64,000 nt of DNA from Dehalococcoidia bacterium (GCA_963667465.2 CAXXDN010000002.1:1728001-1792000), one strand, 5' to 3'. Counted from the stretch's first letter, positions 39,059 through 49,009 are shown. Translations and numbers: made by a program. Notes: generated by a model from the sequence alone, not told the origin.

Positions 39059-39251
39059 TTCAGTCTCCTTCGTTGGTGATGGTTGTCACCGTGGCGGTGC
39101 GGCCTCGCCGCACCTAGGTTCGAAACGACGGCGGGGCCACCCCGAAGGACGGCCCCGTGTGCGCTCCCGTCCGGGAGCGTCTCTGCAGCGCTTGTGCCTC
39201 AGGCACCTGCGATGGGCACCTCCTTCCGTACGTTCGCTGGCTGCTGGCGGC

Positions 39252-39983
39252 TCAGGCGGCCTTCGGCGTCTCGCTCGCGCCGTCCTCCTGGAGCTTCCGC
39301 GCGGCGGCCTCCACCAGCGGGGTGAGGGCCGCGACCGGCAGGTCGTCGAGGTCCCGACCCGTGCGCTCGCGCACGGCGGAGCGCACCTTCGCCTCGTCGA
39401 AGCCCCGGCAGTTGCCGAGGTCGACGAGCGTCTTGCGCAGCGACGGCGCGACGTCGCCCGTCGCGCCGTCGCCGTAGAGGCTGTTCCCGAACTGGTCGCC
39501 GTAGCTCCGCAGCGCCCGCTTGAGCGCATTGGTCACGACGCCCTTGTGCGCGGTCTCGTGGCCCTCGACCGTCTCGTCGGCGACGGCCTGGAAGCCGACG
39601 TCGGTACGCGACGGCGAGCCGGGAACCGTGACGCGCACGGTCGCGGTGTAGGCGCGCCACGGCTTCGCCTCGCCCGTCCTCGGGTCGACGCTCTCGCCCT
39701 CGCGTAGCTCCACCGGGGCGACCAGCTCGTAGCCCCAGCCGCCGTGGCCGAAGACTCGGTTCGCCTGGTCGATGGCCGTGCGCCCCTCGAGGTAGGCGTA
39801 GCTGCGGTTGCCGCGCCCCTTGCGCTGCGAGACGAGCCCCTCGTCGAGGGGCTCGGCCAGCTTCGTGGTTACGGCGGTCGGGAGGCTCTCCCACAAGAGA
39901 TCCCGCTCGGTGACGGGCTCCGGGTGGACGCCGTTGGCGCTCGCGCCGTTGCGGCGACCGTTGAGGGTTGTGGTCTCTACCAT
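39252..39983 (-). CDS. Rad52/Rad22 (Sak-like) ssDNA annealing protein
   Basis: YLEGRTAIDQANRVFGHGGW; AHKGVVTNALKRALRSYGDQFGNSLY. Confidence 0.9.
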   Translation of the reverse strand: MVETTTLNGRRNGASANGVHPEPVTERDLLWESLPTAVTTKLAEPLDEGLVSQRKGRGNRSYAYLEGRTAIDQANRVFGHGGWGYELVAPVELREGESVDPRTGEAKPWRAYTATVRVTVPGSPSRTDVGFQAVADETVEGHETAHKGVVTNALKRALRSYGDQFGNSLYGDGATGDVAPSLRKTLVDLGNCRGFDEAKVRSAVRERTGRDLDDLPVAALTPLVEAAARKLQEDGASETPKAA

Positions 39984-40183
39984 GTGTCTCTCCTTCGTGC
40001 TGTGCGTTGCCTGGGTGGACTGCTGCGGGTCTCCCGGCGGGAGGCCCGTGCGCGGGGCGGAGCCCCGTCGGTCATCGGTCATCGCGCCTCCTCTCTGTGG
40101 GCGGCTGGTCGGGCAGGCACGCGGGGGCGGCCCGGCTCGTAGCGAGCCGGGCTGTCCGCTGTCCGCCGGGTGGGATGGGTGGG

Positions 40184-41230
40184 CTAGCGGGCGGCGCGGG
40201 CCGCCCGTTCGAGGAGGCGCAGGAAGACCCCGCGCCCGTCTGGTTGCGTAGCCAGTTCGGCCACGTCGGCAACGCCCTCAGGCAGCGTCACGACGGCGGC
40301 GCGGCGGCCGAGCAGGTCGCCGAGCCGCGCCGTGGCTTCACGCCCGGCGTCGTCCCGGTCGAAGGCGAGGAAGACGTTGGGGCAGCCACGCAGGGCGGGT
40401 GCCACGCGCTCCATGCCCTGCGTGCCGAGGGCGGCGCAGACGGGCAATCCCCACTCGCTCAGGACGAGCCAGTCGAAGACGCCCTCGGTCACGACCGCCC
40501 ACGGCGGCGCGGGACCGAGCCGTCCCACGCCGAGCACGGGCTTCGGGCCGGGCAACGCCTGGAAGCGGGGTGAGCGCTCCCGGTCGATGGCCCGCCCCGC
40601 CAGCCAGCGGACGCGACCACCCGCGACCTCGGGGACGACCACCATCCCAGCGAAGCGCTCCCCCTGCTCCGTGAAGAGCCCGCTCTCGCGGATCCGTCCG
40701 GCCGCGAAGCCCGCGGACGCGAGCACCGTGCGCAGCCCGCGCCCCGGCGCGTAGCCGAGGCCGAGCCGCGCGGTCGTCTCGAGGCCGACCCCGCGTGAAG
40801 CGAGGTACGCCCTCGCCCCGGGACTGCCGCGAAGCTGCCCCGCGTAGTACCTCGCTGCCGCCGTCGCGATCACCGGGTCGGGCGGCGGGACCGCCGTCTG
40901 AGCACCGGCCCGTCGAGATGCTCCGAGGTGGGCCCGCGCGGTCGTGGGCGGAAAGGCGTCGAGCCTCCGGATCGCCTCCGGCAGGCTCAGGCCCTCGGTG
41001 CGCCGGACGAAGTCCAGCACGTCGCCGCCTTCGCCGCAGCCGAAGCAGTAGAAGCGCTCGGTGTCGGCGTAGACCGTGAAGCTGCCCTCGGCCTCTTCGT
41101 GGAAGGGGCAGACGCCCTGGCGGACGCGGCCCCTGCCGCGCAGCCGCACACCCGACGCCTCCACGACGTCGCCCAGCGGGTGACGCCCCTTCAGTGCCGT
41201 GATGTCGACGGGTGCGTGCGCGGCGACCAT
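40184..41230 (-). CDS. DnaG-like primase (CHC2 zinc finger + TOPRIM)
   Basis: CPFH...FYCFGC; YLASRG; TEGVFD; FDRDDAG. Confidence 0.9.
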   Translation of the reverse strand: MVAAHAPVDITALKGRHPLGDVVEASGVRLRGRGRVRQGVCPFHEEAEGSFTVYADTERFYCFGCGEGGDVLDFVRRTEGLSLPEAIRRLDAFPPTTARAHLGASRRAGAQTAVPPPDPVIATAAARYYAGQLRGSPGARAYLASRGVGLETTARLGLGYAPGRGLRTVLASAGFAAGRIRESGLFTEQGERFAGMVVVPEVAGGRVRWLAGRAIDRERSPRFQALPGPKPVLGVGRLGPAPPWAVVTEGVFDWLVLSEWGLPVCAALGTQGMERVAPALRGCPNVFLAFDRDDAGREATARLGDLLGRRAAVVTLPEGVADVAELATQPDGRGVFLRLLERAARAAR

Positions 41231-41694
41231 CACGAGCCGCCCTTCGCCAGGGACCGGAGCCCCCGCAGGCTGCGCCGCGAGACGGCCTTGCCGGGGTGCC
41301 AGCGCATCCCGAGGACTGCCAGCACCTCCAGCGCCCCGCCGGGGTGCGGTGCGAGCACAGCCGCCCGCCCTGTGGCCGCGCTGTAGACGACCGCCTCGCG
41401 CCCCGCGAAGCGCCTGCGCGCGACGTCGAGCCACTCGGCGTACGCCCAGCGCGCCTCCTGCTCCGTGGCCCCTTTCAGGTCTGCGCCAGCGAGGAGTGCG
41501 AGCGCCCCGTCGAGGTCGCCGACCCGGCGGAGCCGCCGCGCCTCGTGGACGCTGCGGGCGATGCTCCGCTCGGGCTCCGGGACCGCTCCGAGGAGCGCCT
41601 CGAAGACCCGGTCCACCAGCTCTTCGAGAGTTCGGCCGGGGCGGTCTCCCGCCGCGGTCGCGCCTGTGCTGATCGTCGTCGTTGCCATCGTCAT
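41230..41694 (-). CDS. hypothetical protein coupled to the primase
   Basis: TGATG overlap with the primase; GGGGG RBS. Confidence 0.6.
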   Translation of the reverse strand: MTMATTTISTGATAAGDRPGRTLEELVDRVFEALLGAVPEPERSIARSVHEARRLRRVGDLDGALALLAGADLKGATEQEARWAYAEWLDVARRRFAGREAVVYSAATGRAAVLAPHPGGALEVLAVLGMRWHPGKAVSRRSLRGLRSLAKGGS

Positions 41695-41817
41695 GACCGT
41701 CCCCCTTGTGGTGGTCTCGTTGCTAGTGTTGTGCGCCCTCGTGAGCACGAAGAGGGGCCGTCTCCGGAGAGACGGCCCCATGGCTGGGTGGATGCGGTGG
41801 GGCGAAGCCCCGGGTCC

Positions 41818-42321
41818 TCAGCGCCGGACCACCCTTCGTCGCTGGCGGCTCGCGAGGAGCCGTGCGACGAGGAGCGTTCCGATGCCGAGGCCGGCCGCGT
41901 TGAGCACGGCCAGTTCACCGCCGTGACCGAGCAGCAGCGGCGCCGCGAGCAGCGCCACCAAGCCGACGACCACCGCGGGCTTCCGGCCTCGCCGCCTCGG
42001 GCGAACCGGGGTGGCCTCGCCCACCGGCTCGTAGGCCGTCCAGATGGGCAGCCCGATGGCGCCCTCGAGCGCGGTGACGGCGTGGGCGCGCGTGCAGCCG
42101 CCGGTGTGGCAGCGCACGTCGATGCCGTTGCCGTCGGGCCGCTGCCGGAACGCCAGACCGTCCGACGCGCCGCCGTGGCAGATGGCGGTGGTCGTCCAGA
42201 ACCAGCCCCGCTCGAAGCTCACCCGCGTCGGGATGAGGTTCGCGATGCGACCAGCGCTCGGTCCCGTGTACTGCTGGGCCACGGCTCGCATCTCCATGGC
42301 GTCCCTCTGCTCTGTGTTCAT
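41818..42321 (-). CDS. hypothetical membrane protein, first gene of the leading operon
   Basis: AAGGAGG RBS; CH...CH...C residues; two C-terminal hydrophobic helices. Confidence 0.65.
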   Translation of the reverse strand: MNTEQRDAMEMRAVAQQYTGPSAGRIANLIPTRVSFERGWFWTTTAICHGGASDGLAFRQRPDGNGIDVRCHTGGCTRAHAVTALEGAIGLPIWTAYEPVGEATPVRPRRRGRKPAVVVGLVALLAAPLLLGHGGELAVLNAAGLGIGTLLVARLLASRQRRRVVRR

Positions 42322-43008
42322 GTCTCGTGACCTCCTTCGTCACTGCTGCGTTGCTGGTGACCCGTGCCGGCATCCGTGGCTCGGGTCATGGCTCGATTGG
42401 CGTTGGACACACTCCGCCCACGGTCGGATGCCGGACCGGGGAACGGGGTGGTTTGGCCGCGCATGCGAAGCGGCCGGCCTGCGAGTCAGTCGCGGGCCGG
42501 CACGGTGCAAGGGCGGCGGGCGTGGGGAACGGGCCGAGCGCAGGACGCACTCCGCCCAGGGACTCCGGGGTCGAGTGCGGAACGCAACTCGCCCGCGGTC
42601 TCCCGGTGTTCGAGGCAGCGTCGGGGGAGCAGCGCTCGACCCTTCAACTGCCTCCCGCTGCGGGAAGGCGGATGTCCCTCACTGGACCGCCGTCAGGAGA
42701 GCAGAGCTCCATCCGTCAGAGCGTTCCGGGTCCGGGATGGACCCTCCAGGTTTCTACGGCAGGAAACGCTGGCAAAGCCGGAAACTGCTTGGCAGTGTCG
42801 CCGAACGCCCGCCCCCAATGGAAGGGGTTTCGGGCCCTCCGGCCCAAAGTGATCACTCCGGTTCAACAGGAGTGCGACAACTCTTCGACTGGGGCCGCCC
42901 CGGGCTACTTCCAGCGGAGGTCTGGGCGAAGATGGGCGTACCTAGCACGGCACGCACGCCAAGCTGTGCGGTGCCGACATTAGCGTCGCAACGGCCGAGA
43001 GTGGGACG

Positions 43009-43827
43009 ATGCCACGTACGATGAATGACCCTCACGTCGACGCGCTGGTTTTCAGAATCGAGCATCGCCCTGCCCTGGCCTACAGCGACGATGCGCCGTC
43101 CATTGATCGCGAAGAGCCGGGGTTCCGGGTGACACTCAAGGACGGAACCGTTCGCTTCGAACTCAAGGAGCACTTCTCGACCAAGGAAGAAGCGCGGGAG
43201 AGGGTTGGCCCGTACGTTCGCAACTGGGAGATGGACGCGGGCCTCAATGGACGACCAGGCGACTTTCGCCTGGAATTTCAGGAAGCAGAGGTCATCGACC
43301 GAAGCCCTCCGCGACCGACTCCGGGGACCGTAAGAGTCCCGGCGTCCGGCATCGCCTTCCATTTCACCATCGGGAGCCCGGAGGTAACTCTCACGCGGCC
43401 CGCCTATCCCTCGCCACCAGCGGGCGTGACTCTTAAGGCGAACGACCCGGATGTCGCGACTATGTATGGTCGGCTGTCCGGCTACTACGAAGGCCGCGAG
43501 CCCCTGCCAGGCGTGGCCTACTTCTGTTTCACCATGCTCAAGTACCTGTCATCGAAGCACGGGCGCGGAGGTCAGCGAGCACGCGCTGCCGCTTACCACT
43601 ACATCAGCGATGCAGCTCTCAAAGAGATTGAGAAGCTCTCGTCCACCAAAGGAGGAGCAGGCTCGGCACGCAAGGCTGACGGCGTGGGTACCGACCTCTC
43701 GCGCAAGGAGGCGCTGTTCCTCGAAGCGGCGGTCAAGATGATCATCCGCAGGGCTGCCGAGGTAGCCCAAGACCCCGGCGCAGCCCTCCCGCTGATCACG
43801 CTCGCGGACCTTCCCGACCGCTCCTGA
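43009..43827 (+). CDS. hypothetical protein
   Basis: 272-aa ORF with protein-like composition, standing alone between the leading and transfer regions. Confidence 0.65.
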   Translation: MPRTMNDPHVDALVFRIEHRPALAYSDDAPSIDREEPGFRVTLKDGTVRFELKEHFSTKEEARERVGPYVRNWEMDAGLNGRPGDFRLEFQEAEVIDRSPPRPTPGTVRVPASGIAFHFTIGSPEVTLTRPAYPSPPAGVTLKANDPDVATMYGRLSGYYEGREPLPGVAYFCFTMLKYLSSKHGRGGQRARAAAYHYISDAALKEIEKLSSTKGGAGSARKADGVGTDLSRKEALFLEAAVKMIIRRAAEVAQDPGAALPLITLADLPDRS

Positions 43828-43852
43828 CCGGGGCCCGAGTACTGCGGCTCGG

Positions 43853-44611
43853 CTACTTCCACCACAACCCGAGGGTGAGCACGCGCCGCACCCAGCGCAG
43901 CAGTACGGCTCGCCTGCGCGCCCCCCTCAGGTCCGCCAGCGACCGCTCTAGCGCCCACACTTCGTCGCGACGGTCGAAGCGGTCCCAGGGGTACGAGGCC
44001 GGTGGCAGCGTCAGCTCGTGGTCCCTGATGAGCACGACCTCCAGTTCCCACAGGCGCCGCTCGGCATCCAGTCTGTCCAACCGGTGCGTGGCCTCGCGGT
44101 ACTCGCTCCGCGTCTGCCGCCACGCCACGATGGTCGGCGTCGCCTCGCCGTAGACGAGCTCCTCGCCGGGCTCTGGTTCCGGGGTGATGAGCTGGGGGTA
44201 GGGCCTCCACGGCCGGCCTGCTGCCGGCTCCTCCACGGAGGGCGCAGCCACGGTGGTGCGCTCGTCTCTGACGGGAGGTGGCGGCGCTGCTCGGGTCGCC
44301 CGCAGCTCGCCGGCCAGTTCCTCCACGCGGGCCTCGAGGTGTTCGAGCCTCTGGGCCAGACCGCCGGCTTCCTCATCCCTCGGGCTCGCAGTGGCGCTCT
44401 CTTCGGACAGCCGACGCAGTTCGAGGGCGGCGTGCACGCGCGCGGTGAGCCGGCCCGACGCCATGGTCCGCTGCAGGGTGCGGGCGCTCACGCCCAGCAA
44501 CTCCGCCGTCTCCGGCAGGCCACCGGCCTGAATCAGCTCGCGCAGCAGCGTCAGGAGCTGCGCGTCGTCCGTGCGTTCCCGCTCTTCGCCGTCTGAGGTC
44601 TGCCCGTTCAT
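43853..44611 (-). CDS. hypothetical protein with N-terminal HTH, divergent from the tra operon
   Basis: ETAELLGVSARTLQR HTH-like motif; coiled coil. Confidence 0.6.
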   Translation of the reverse strand: MNGQTSDGEERERTDDAQLLTLLRELIQAGGLPETAELLGVSARTLQRTMASGRLTARVHAALELRRLSEESATASPRDEEAGGLAQRLEHLEARVEELAGELRATRAAPPPPVRDERTTVAAPSVEEPAAGRPWRPYPQLITPEPEPGEELVYGEATPTIVAWRQTRSEYREATHRLDRLDAERRLWELEVVLIRDHELTLPPASYPWDRFDRRDEVWALERSLADLRGARRRAVLLRWVRRVLTLGLWWK

Positions 44612-44915
44612 GCCGTCCAACCGGGGTGACAGCCTGTCGCTACCCGTGGAACAGGCACTACTGTCCAGGTGTTCACTGGATACCGCCTGTAGGGGCGCGC
44701 TTCCGTTGGTCTGCCTTGGTTCTCTGGACTGACGACAACCTGTCACCAACGTCGATTCCCTGTACAGCCCAATGACATCACGGGCGCCCCGATCGGGGTG
44801 AGGTCCCCGAAGGGACTGCACCGATGAAGTCCCCTGCGGGGGACTCCGCTACGGGCACCGGCCTTCCACACTCCGCAACCCGCGAAACACACATGCGCCG
44901 GGTACGGAGGCGTCC

Positions 44916-45533
44916 ATGAGACGGCAGTGGAGCATCGGAGCCGGTAGGGGAAGGCGGCTGAGGACGCTGGCGGCGACGCTGCTGTTGGCTGCGCTCGCGG
45001 CCATCCCCTCAAGCGGCACCGCCCTCGCCCAGGAGCCGCCCGTCGGCGCCATCGTGTTCGTCAACGAGAACGACGAGGACCTCGTCGAGCGCAAGGACGA
45101 TGGGCGCTTCATCGCCCGCCCTGTCTTCGACCGCGCGGTCCCGCTCCTCTACTACGGCGTGCGCCACGGCGACACGGGCGAGTGGCTCAGCGCCGTGTTC
45201 CGCGTGCGCGACGGCGGCAAGGACCGGCGCGACGGACGCGAGTACTCCTTCGAGTACCCCTTCGAGGACAGCCAGCCCGAGCTCGACCCGGAGCGCCCTT
45301 ACCTGCTCGTGATGCTCGCGGGTGAGTTGGCGGAGTCGCCACAGCCCTTCTACGCCGTGATCCCACCGCACCAGCCCGGTGGCCTCTGGAACCGGGTCCT
45401 CGGCGCGCTCGAACCCGAGCGCTGGGGCAAGGCCGCCGCCCGCTGGATCATCGAGGGGGCGCACGGAACGCTCTGCGGCGTCGTGGAGCGCGCAGCCGGC
45501 GACGACGCCGAGACCTGCGAGGCCACCCCGTGA
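44916..45533 (+). CDS. secreted hypothetical protein, first gene of the conjugation operon
   Basis: GGAGG RBS; signal peptide ending ALA-Q; GTGA overlap with the next gene. Confidence 0.65.
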   Translation: MRRQWSIGAGRGRRLRTLAATLLLAALAAIPSSGTALAQEPPVGAIVFVNENDEDLVERKDDGRFIARPVFDRAVPLLYYGVRHGDTGEWLSAVFRVRDGGKDRRDGREYSFEYPFEDSQPELDPERPYLLVMLAGELAESPQPFYAVIPPHQPGGLWNRVLGALEPERWGKAAARWIIEGAHGTLCGVVERAAGDDAETCEATP

Positions 45534-46501
45534 GCGACATCTTCACGGGCACCCCGCCCGGCCTCACCTACGACCACGAGATCGTCCGCCAGGCGTGGAC
45601 CGCGGTCTGGATCATCACCTCCGGCGCGCTGGTGGTGATCATCGGCTGGATGGGGCTGAGCCTCATCGTGGGCGACCACCTCGGCCGCGCACAGGCGGGC
45701 TGGCGCGAGCTGGTCCCGCGCCTCGGGCTGGGGCTCGTGGCCGCTGCCGCTTCGCTCTGGTGGTGCGCGCTCGTGATCGACCTGGCCGACGCCGTGTCAG
45801 GGTTCGTGGCCGCCGAGCTGGGCGTCACAGCGGGCGACATGCTGCGCTCGACGCTGCGCACCCTCCTCACCGCTGTCGCGGCGGGCAGTGTGGGCATGGC
45901 CCTGTTGCTGGCGCTGCTCTACCTCGTCTACGGCTTCTTCGTGCTCTACCTCGTGGTGCAGATGGTGCTGCGCCTCGCGCTGATCGACATCCTGCTGGCG
46001 CTCGCGCCGATCGCCCTCGGGCTCTGGATCCTCCCGCACACGGCGGGCTGGGGGCGGCACTGGCTGCGGCTCTTCATGACGACCGTCTTCCAGCAGGCAA
46101 TCCAGTTGATCGCGCTGGCGCTGGGCATCGGCTTCCTCAACGAGTTCGCGGCGATCGGCGCCGGCGAGCCCGTACAGGAGCTGGTCTGGAAGCTGCTGAT
46201 GTCGCTCGCCTTCATCTACCTGGCGACGCGGGTGCCGTCGATGCTCGGCAACACCGGGACCTTCGACGCCTGGCTGCACACCCTCTACTTCGGCATGTCC
46301 CTGCCCGGCTCGATGGCCCGCTCGGCGCGCTCGCTCGCGCTGATCGGCGGCGGCGCGGCGGGTGGTCCGGTGGGTGCGGCAGTGGCCGCCGGGGGCGCGG
46401 GCGGAGCGGCCTCGGCGGCCACCACGGCCGTGCGCTCGGCGGCTGATATGGCAACCCCCTCTTCGGGCGGCGGTGGCGCGCCCAGGAGCAGCAGCGAATA
46501 G
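45530..46501 (+). CDS. TrbL/VirB6-like polytopic membrane protein
   Basis: multiple TM helices; LAPIAL..WILPHT..W motif; Gly/Ala-rich tail. Confidence 0.75.
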   Translation: MSDIFTGTPPGLTYDHEIVRQAWTAVWIITSGALVVIIGWMGLSLIVGDHLGRAQAGWRELVPRLGLGLVAAAASLWWCALVIDLADAVSGFVAAELGVTAGDMLRSTLRTLLTAVAAGSVGMALLLALLYLVYGFFVLYLVVQMVLRLALIDILLALAPIALGLWILPHTAGWGRHWLRLFMTTVFQQAIQLIALALGIGFLNEFAAIGAGEPVQELVWKLLMSLAFIYLATRVPSMLGNTGTFDAWLHTLYFGMSLPGSMARSARSLALIGGGAAGGPVGAAVAAGGAGGAASAATTAVRSAADMATPSSGGGGAPRSSSE

Positions 46502-46645
46502 CGACGACGACAACCGCAACCACGCGGCGCGGACTCTTCGCGCCGATCGAGACGCAAATGGAGGTGGGCGATGTGCCGGTAGGCGAACGAGCAGCAGCAC
46601 CGAGACACGAACGAGAACACGCAAATGCGAGAGGAGCGAGTACAG

Positions 46646-46939
46646 GTGGAAGACCTGACTCAGACCATCTCCAACCTGGTGGGCATCCTGCTCGGAGTCG
46701 TCGGCGCGATCGGCGTCGGCTTCTTCATCTACGGGTCCTACCTCTACCTCACCGCCTCGGGCGCGCCGCACCAGATGGAGCGGGGCAAGAGCGCGATGAT
46801 GACCGCACTCGCCGGCATCGTCCTGGCCATGGTGGCCTTCGGCGTCGTCGAACTGGTGATGGACGCCGTCGTCAACCCCGTCGTGGACGTCGACGTCCCC
46901 GAGCCCGAGGGCTCGACCACGACCACGGACGGGGCCTAG
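46646..46939 (+). CDS. TrbC/VirB2-like pilin
   Basis: two TM helices around YLTASGAPHQMERGK. Confidence 0.75.
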   Translation: MEDLTQTISNLVGILLGVVGAIGVGFFIYGSYLYLTASGAPHQMERGKSAMMTALAGIVLAMVAFGVVELVMDAVVNPVVDVDVPEPEGSTTTTDGA

Positions 46940-46942
46940 GCC

Positions 46943-48676
46943 ATGAGAGAACACGAGGTTCCCACCCACGTGCAGGCCGAGGACCGTGTCCTGCTGTGGT
47001 TCACGTTTCCCCAGATCGTGGCGATGACGGCGGTCTGCGCCCTCGCCTACGGCGTCTACCGTTACGCCCCGCTCGGTGCCTCCGAGGTGCGCATTGCCGC
47101 GGCCGTGCTCTTCGGGCTGGCGGGGCTGGCCGTGATCGCGGGGCGCGTCGGAGGCAGGCGGTTGCCGCTCGTGGCGGCCGACCTGCTGCGGTTCGGGCTG
47201 GGGGCACGGCGCTACGCCGGGCCTCCGGCCCAGCTCGTGCGGAGCGAGCCGCCCGCACCGGCGCAGCCCGCGTCCAGCGGCTCCAGGCCACGACGGCTGA
47301 TGGCGCGTCGCATGAGGCGCGTCGTGCGGCGCCGGTCGCGGAGGCGGAAGGAGGGTGAGCGCCGCAACGGGCGGATGCCCTTTCGTCCGCATCGACTCTT
47401 CGGGAAGCGCCGCCGGCAGGGCGTCGAGGAGCCGGCGGAAGCGCAACGGGCGGCGACGGAGGCGCGTGGCAAGCGGCGTCTCGGGCGCTGGCGCGTGCTC
47501 CCGGCGGTCGCCGTCCTTGCCGTCGCCTTCGCCGCCACGCCGCTGCTCCCGGCGCTGGCCCAGGACCCCGGCGAGGAGGGCTGGTTCTCGGAGGAGATCG
47601 AGTTCCAACCCCCACCCGTCGTGCCGGGACGGCGGCTCTTCGTCGAGGGGCTCACGGTCAGGAGCGAACAGGCCGCAGTCACGCTGCGGGCCGCCACGGA
47701 CCTGGACCTGACGGTGCGGGTCTACGGCGGTCCGGACGGACGGGCGCTCCGCTTCTTCGGCACGGCCGCCCTCGAGCAGGGCGCGCGCACCGAGTACGAC
47801 CTGCCGCTGCACGGCCCTTCGCCCTCGCTCGTCTTCTCGTGGGAGGACGAACTGGGGCAGGCCGGGGCCGTCAGCCTCGGTGGCGAGCGGCTCCCGTATC
47901 CGCTGCCCGCGGTGACGGGCGAGCTGTGCGCGCTGCGCGTCGTCTCGCTCGGCTGGAGCGCGGGGGCCATCGAGGGGGCGATCACCTCGGAGTGCGTGAG
48001 CACCACCGAGGAAGTGGTTGCGCTCCAGACGGTCGCCGGTCACGCCGACGTAACCATGACGGCCCTGCTGGAAGGCGGGGTCCTTGCTGTCACCGGGACC
48101 GTCATGGTCGCGTCCGGCGCGTCGGAAACGACTGTTGCCTTGGTCGCCGGCGGCGAGACCCGCTTCCGGCTCCCGGTCGCGGCGGGCGAGGCCGTCCACG
48201 CGCTCGCCATCGAGGCGGACCTGGAGGCGTCGCTGCGGATCGCCCTGCCGCCGCTGGTGGAGCTCACGCACCACCCGCGGCGCGTCGAGCAGCTCACGGA
48301 GACGGCGGAGGTCGGTATCCCCGCCTTCGGCGACACCGTGACGGAGACGTTCACGGTCCCAGCCGAGGACGGCACCTTCACGGAGCACACCGTGACGGCC
48401 GATTGCTACTCCCCCGCGTCGACCGTCCGTCAGGACGTCGTCTTCAGCGTCGTCCACGAGGAGCGCGTCGAGGCCGAGGTGATGGCGCGGCTGCCGCTCG
48501 CCCGCAGCCGGGCGGAGTCGCTTGCCCTGGCGCTCAGCGTCGGGGCGGACGACCCGTACGCCGCCCTCGTCCTGCCGGAGCCCGAACCCGAGCCGGACCC
48601 GCCCACGCAGACGCCCGTCACGGGCGACGAGCTGAGCGACTGGTTCGAGCAGCTCGGCTGGGAGTGGGTCTGGTGA
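46943..48676 (+). CDS. PrgI-like N-terminus fused to a large beta-rich extracellular region
   Basis: HEVPTHVQAEDRVLLWFTFPQ plus 2 TM helices; upstream of VirB4. Confidence 0.65.
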   Translation: MREHEVPTHVQAEDRVLLWFTFPQIVAMTAVCALAYGVYRYAPLGASEVRIAAAVLFGLAGLAVIAGRVGGRRLPLVAADLLRFGLGARRYAGPPAQLVRSEPPAPAQPASSGSRPRRLMARRMRRVVRRRSRRRKEGERRNGRMPFRPHRLFGKRRRQGVEEPAEAQRAATEARGKRRLGRWRVLPAVAVLAVAFAATPLLPALAQDPGEEGWFSEEIEFQPPPVVPGRRLFVEGLTVRSEQAAVTLRAATDLDLTVRVYGGPDGRALRFFGTAALEQGARTEYDLPLHGPSPSLVFSWEDELGQAGAVSLGGERLPYPLPAVTGELCALRVVSLGWSAGAIEGAITSECVSTTEEVVALQTVAGHADVTMTALLEGGVLAVTGTVMVASGASETTVALVAGGETRFRLPVAAGEAVHALAIEADLEASLRIALPPLVELTHHPRRVEQLTETAEVGIPAFGDTVTETFTVPAEDGTFTEHTVTADCYSPASTVRQDVVFSVVHEERVEAEVMARLPLARSRAESLALALSVGADDPYAALVLPEPEPEPDPPTQTPVTGDELSDWFEQLGWEWVW

Positions 48677-48990
48677 GGCGGCTCACGACCGCCCTGCTAC
48701 TCGGCGGGGTCGCGCTGGTCACGACCGGCGCGGCCCCGGCCGAGGAGCGGGCCATGCTCGACGCCTTCGATGAGGCGCTGACGGCGCTGGCCTACGCCGC
48801 CGCCGGGGTCTGCGTCTTCGCCATCGTCTGGGCGGGCGTCCTGCTCATGGCCGACGGCGCCGACGAGCGCGGCGGCGGACGCGCAAAGAGCGCCGTCTTC
48901 CTGGCGGTGGCCGGGCTCGTGCTCGTGCTCTCGGCCAAGGGCGTGGCCGCGCTACTGCGCGCAGGCGTCGTCCCCATCCCCGTCCCCTGA
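48673..48990 (+). CDS. second pilin-like membrane protein
   Basis: GTGA overlap; TM-(ADGADERGGGRAK)-TM layout. Confidence 0.6.
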   Translation: MRRLTTALLLGGVALVTTGAAPAEERAMLDAFDEALTALAYAAAGVCVFAIVWAGVLLMADGADERGGGRAKSAVFLAVAGLVLVLSAKGVAALLRAGVVPIPVP

Positions 48991-49009
48991 CACCAAGGAG
49001 CACATCCCG

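Larger units (their letters stand above)
35406..41811 (-). repeat. dispersed intergenic two-hairpin motif, 7 copies
   Basis: copies at about 35406-35471, 35706-35761, 37483-37506, 38584-38635, 39132-39180, 40026-40067 and 41754-41811. Confidence 0.7.
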
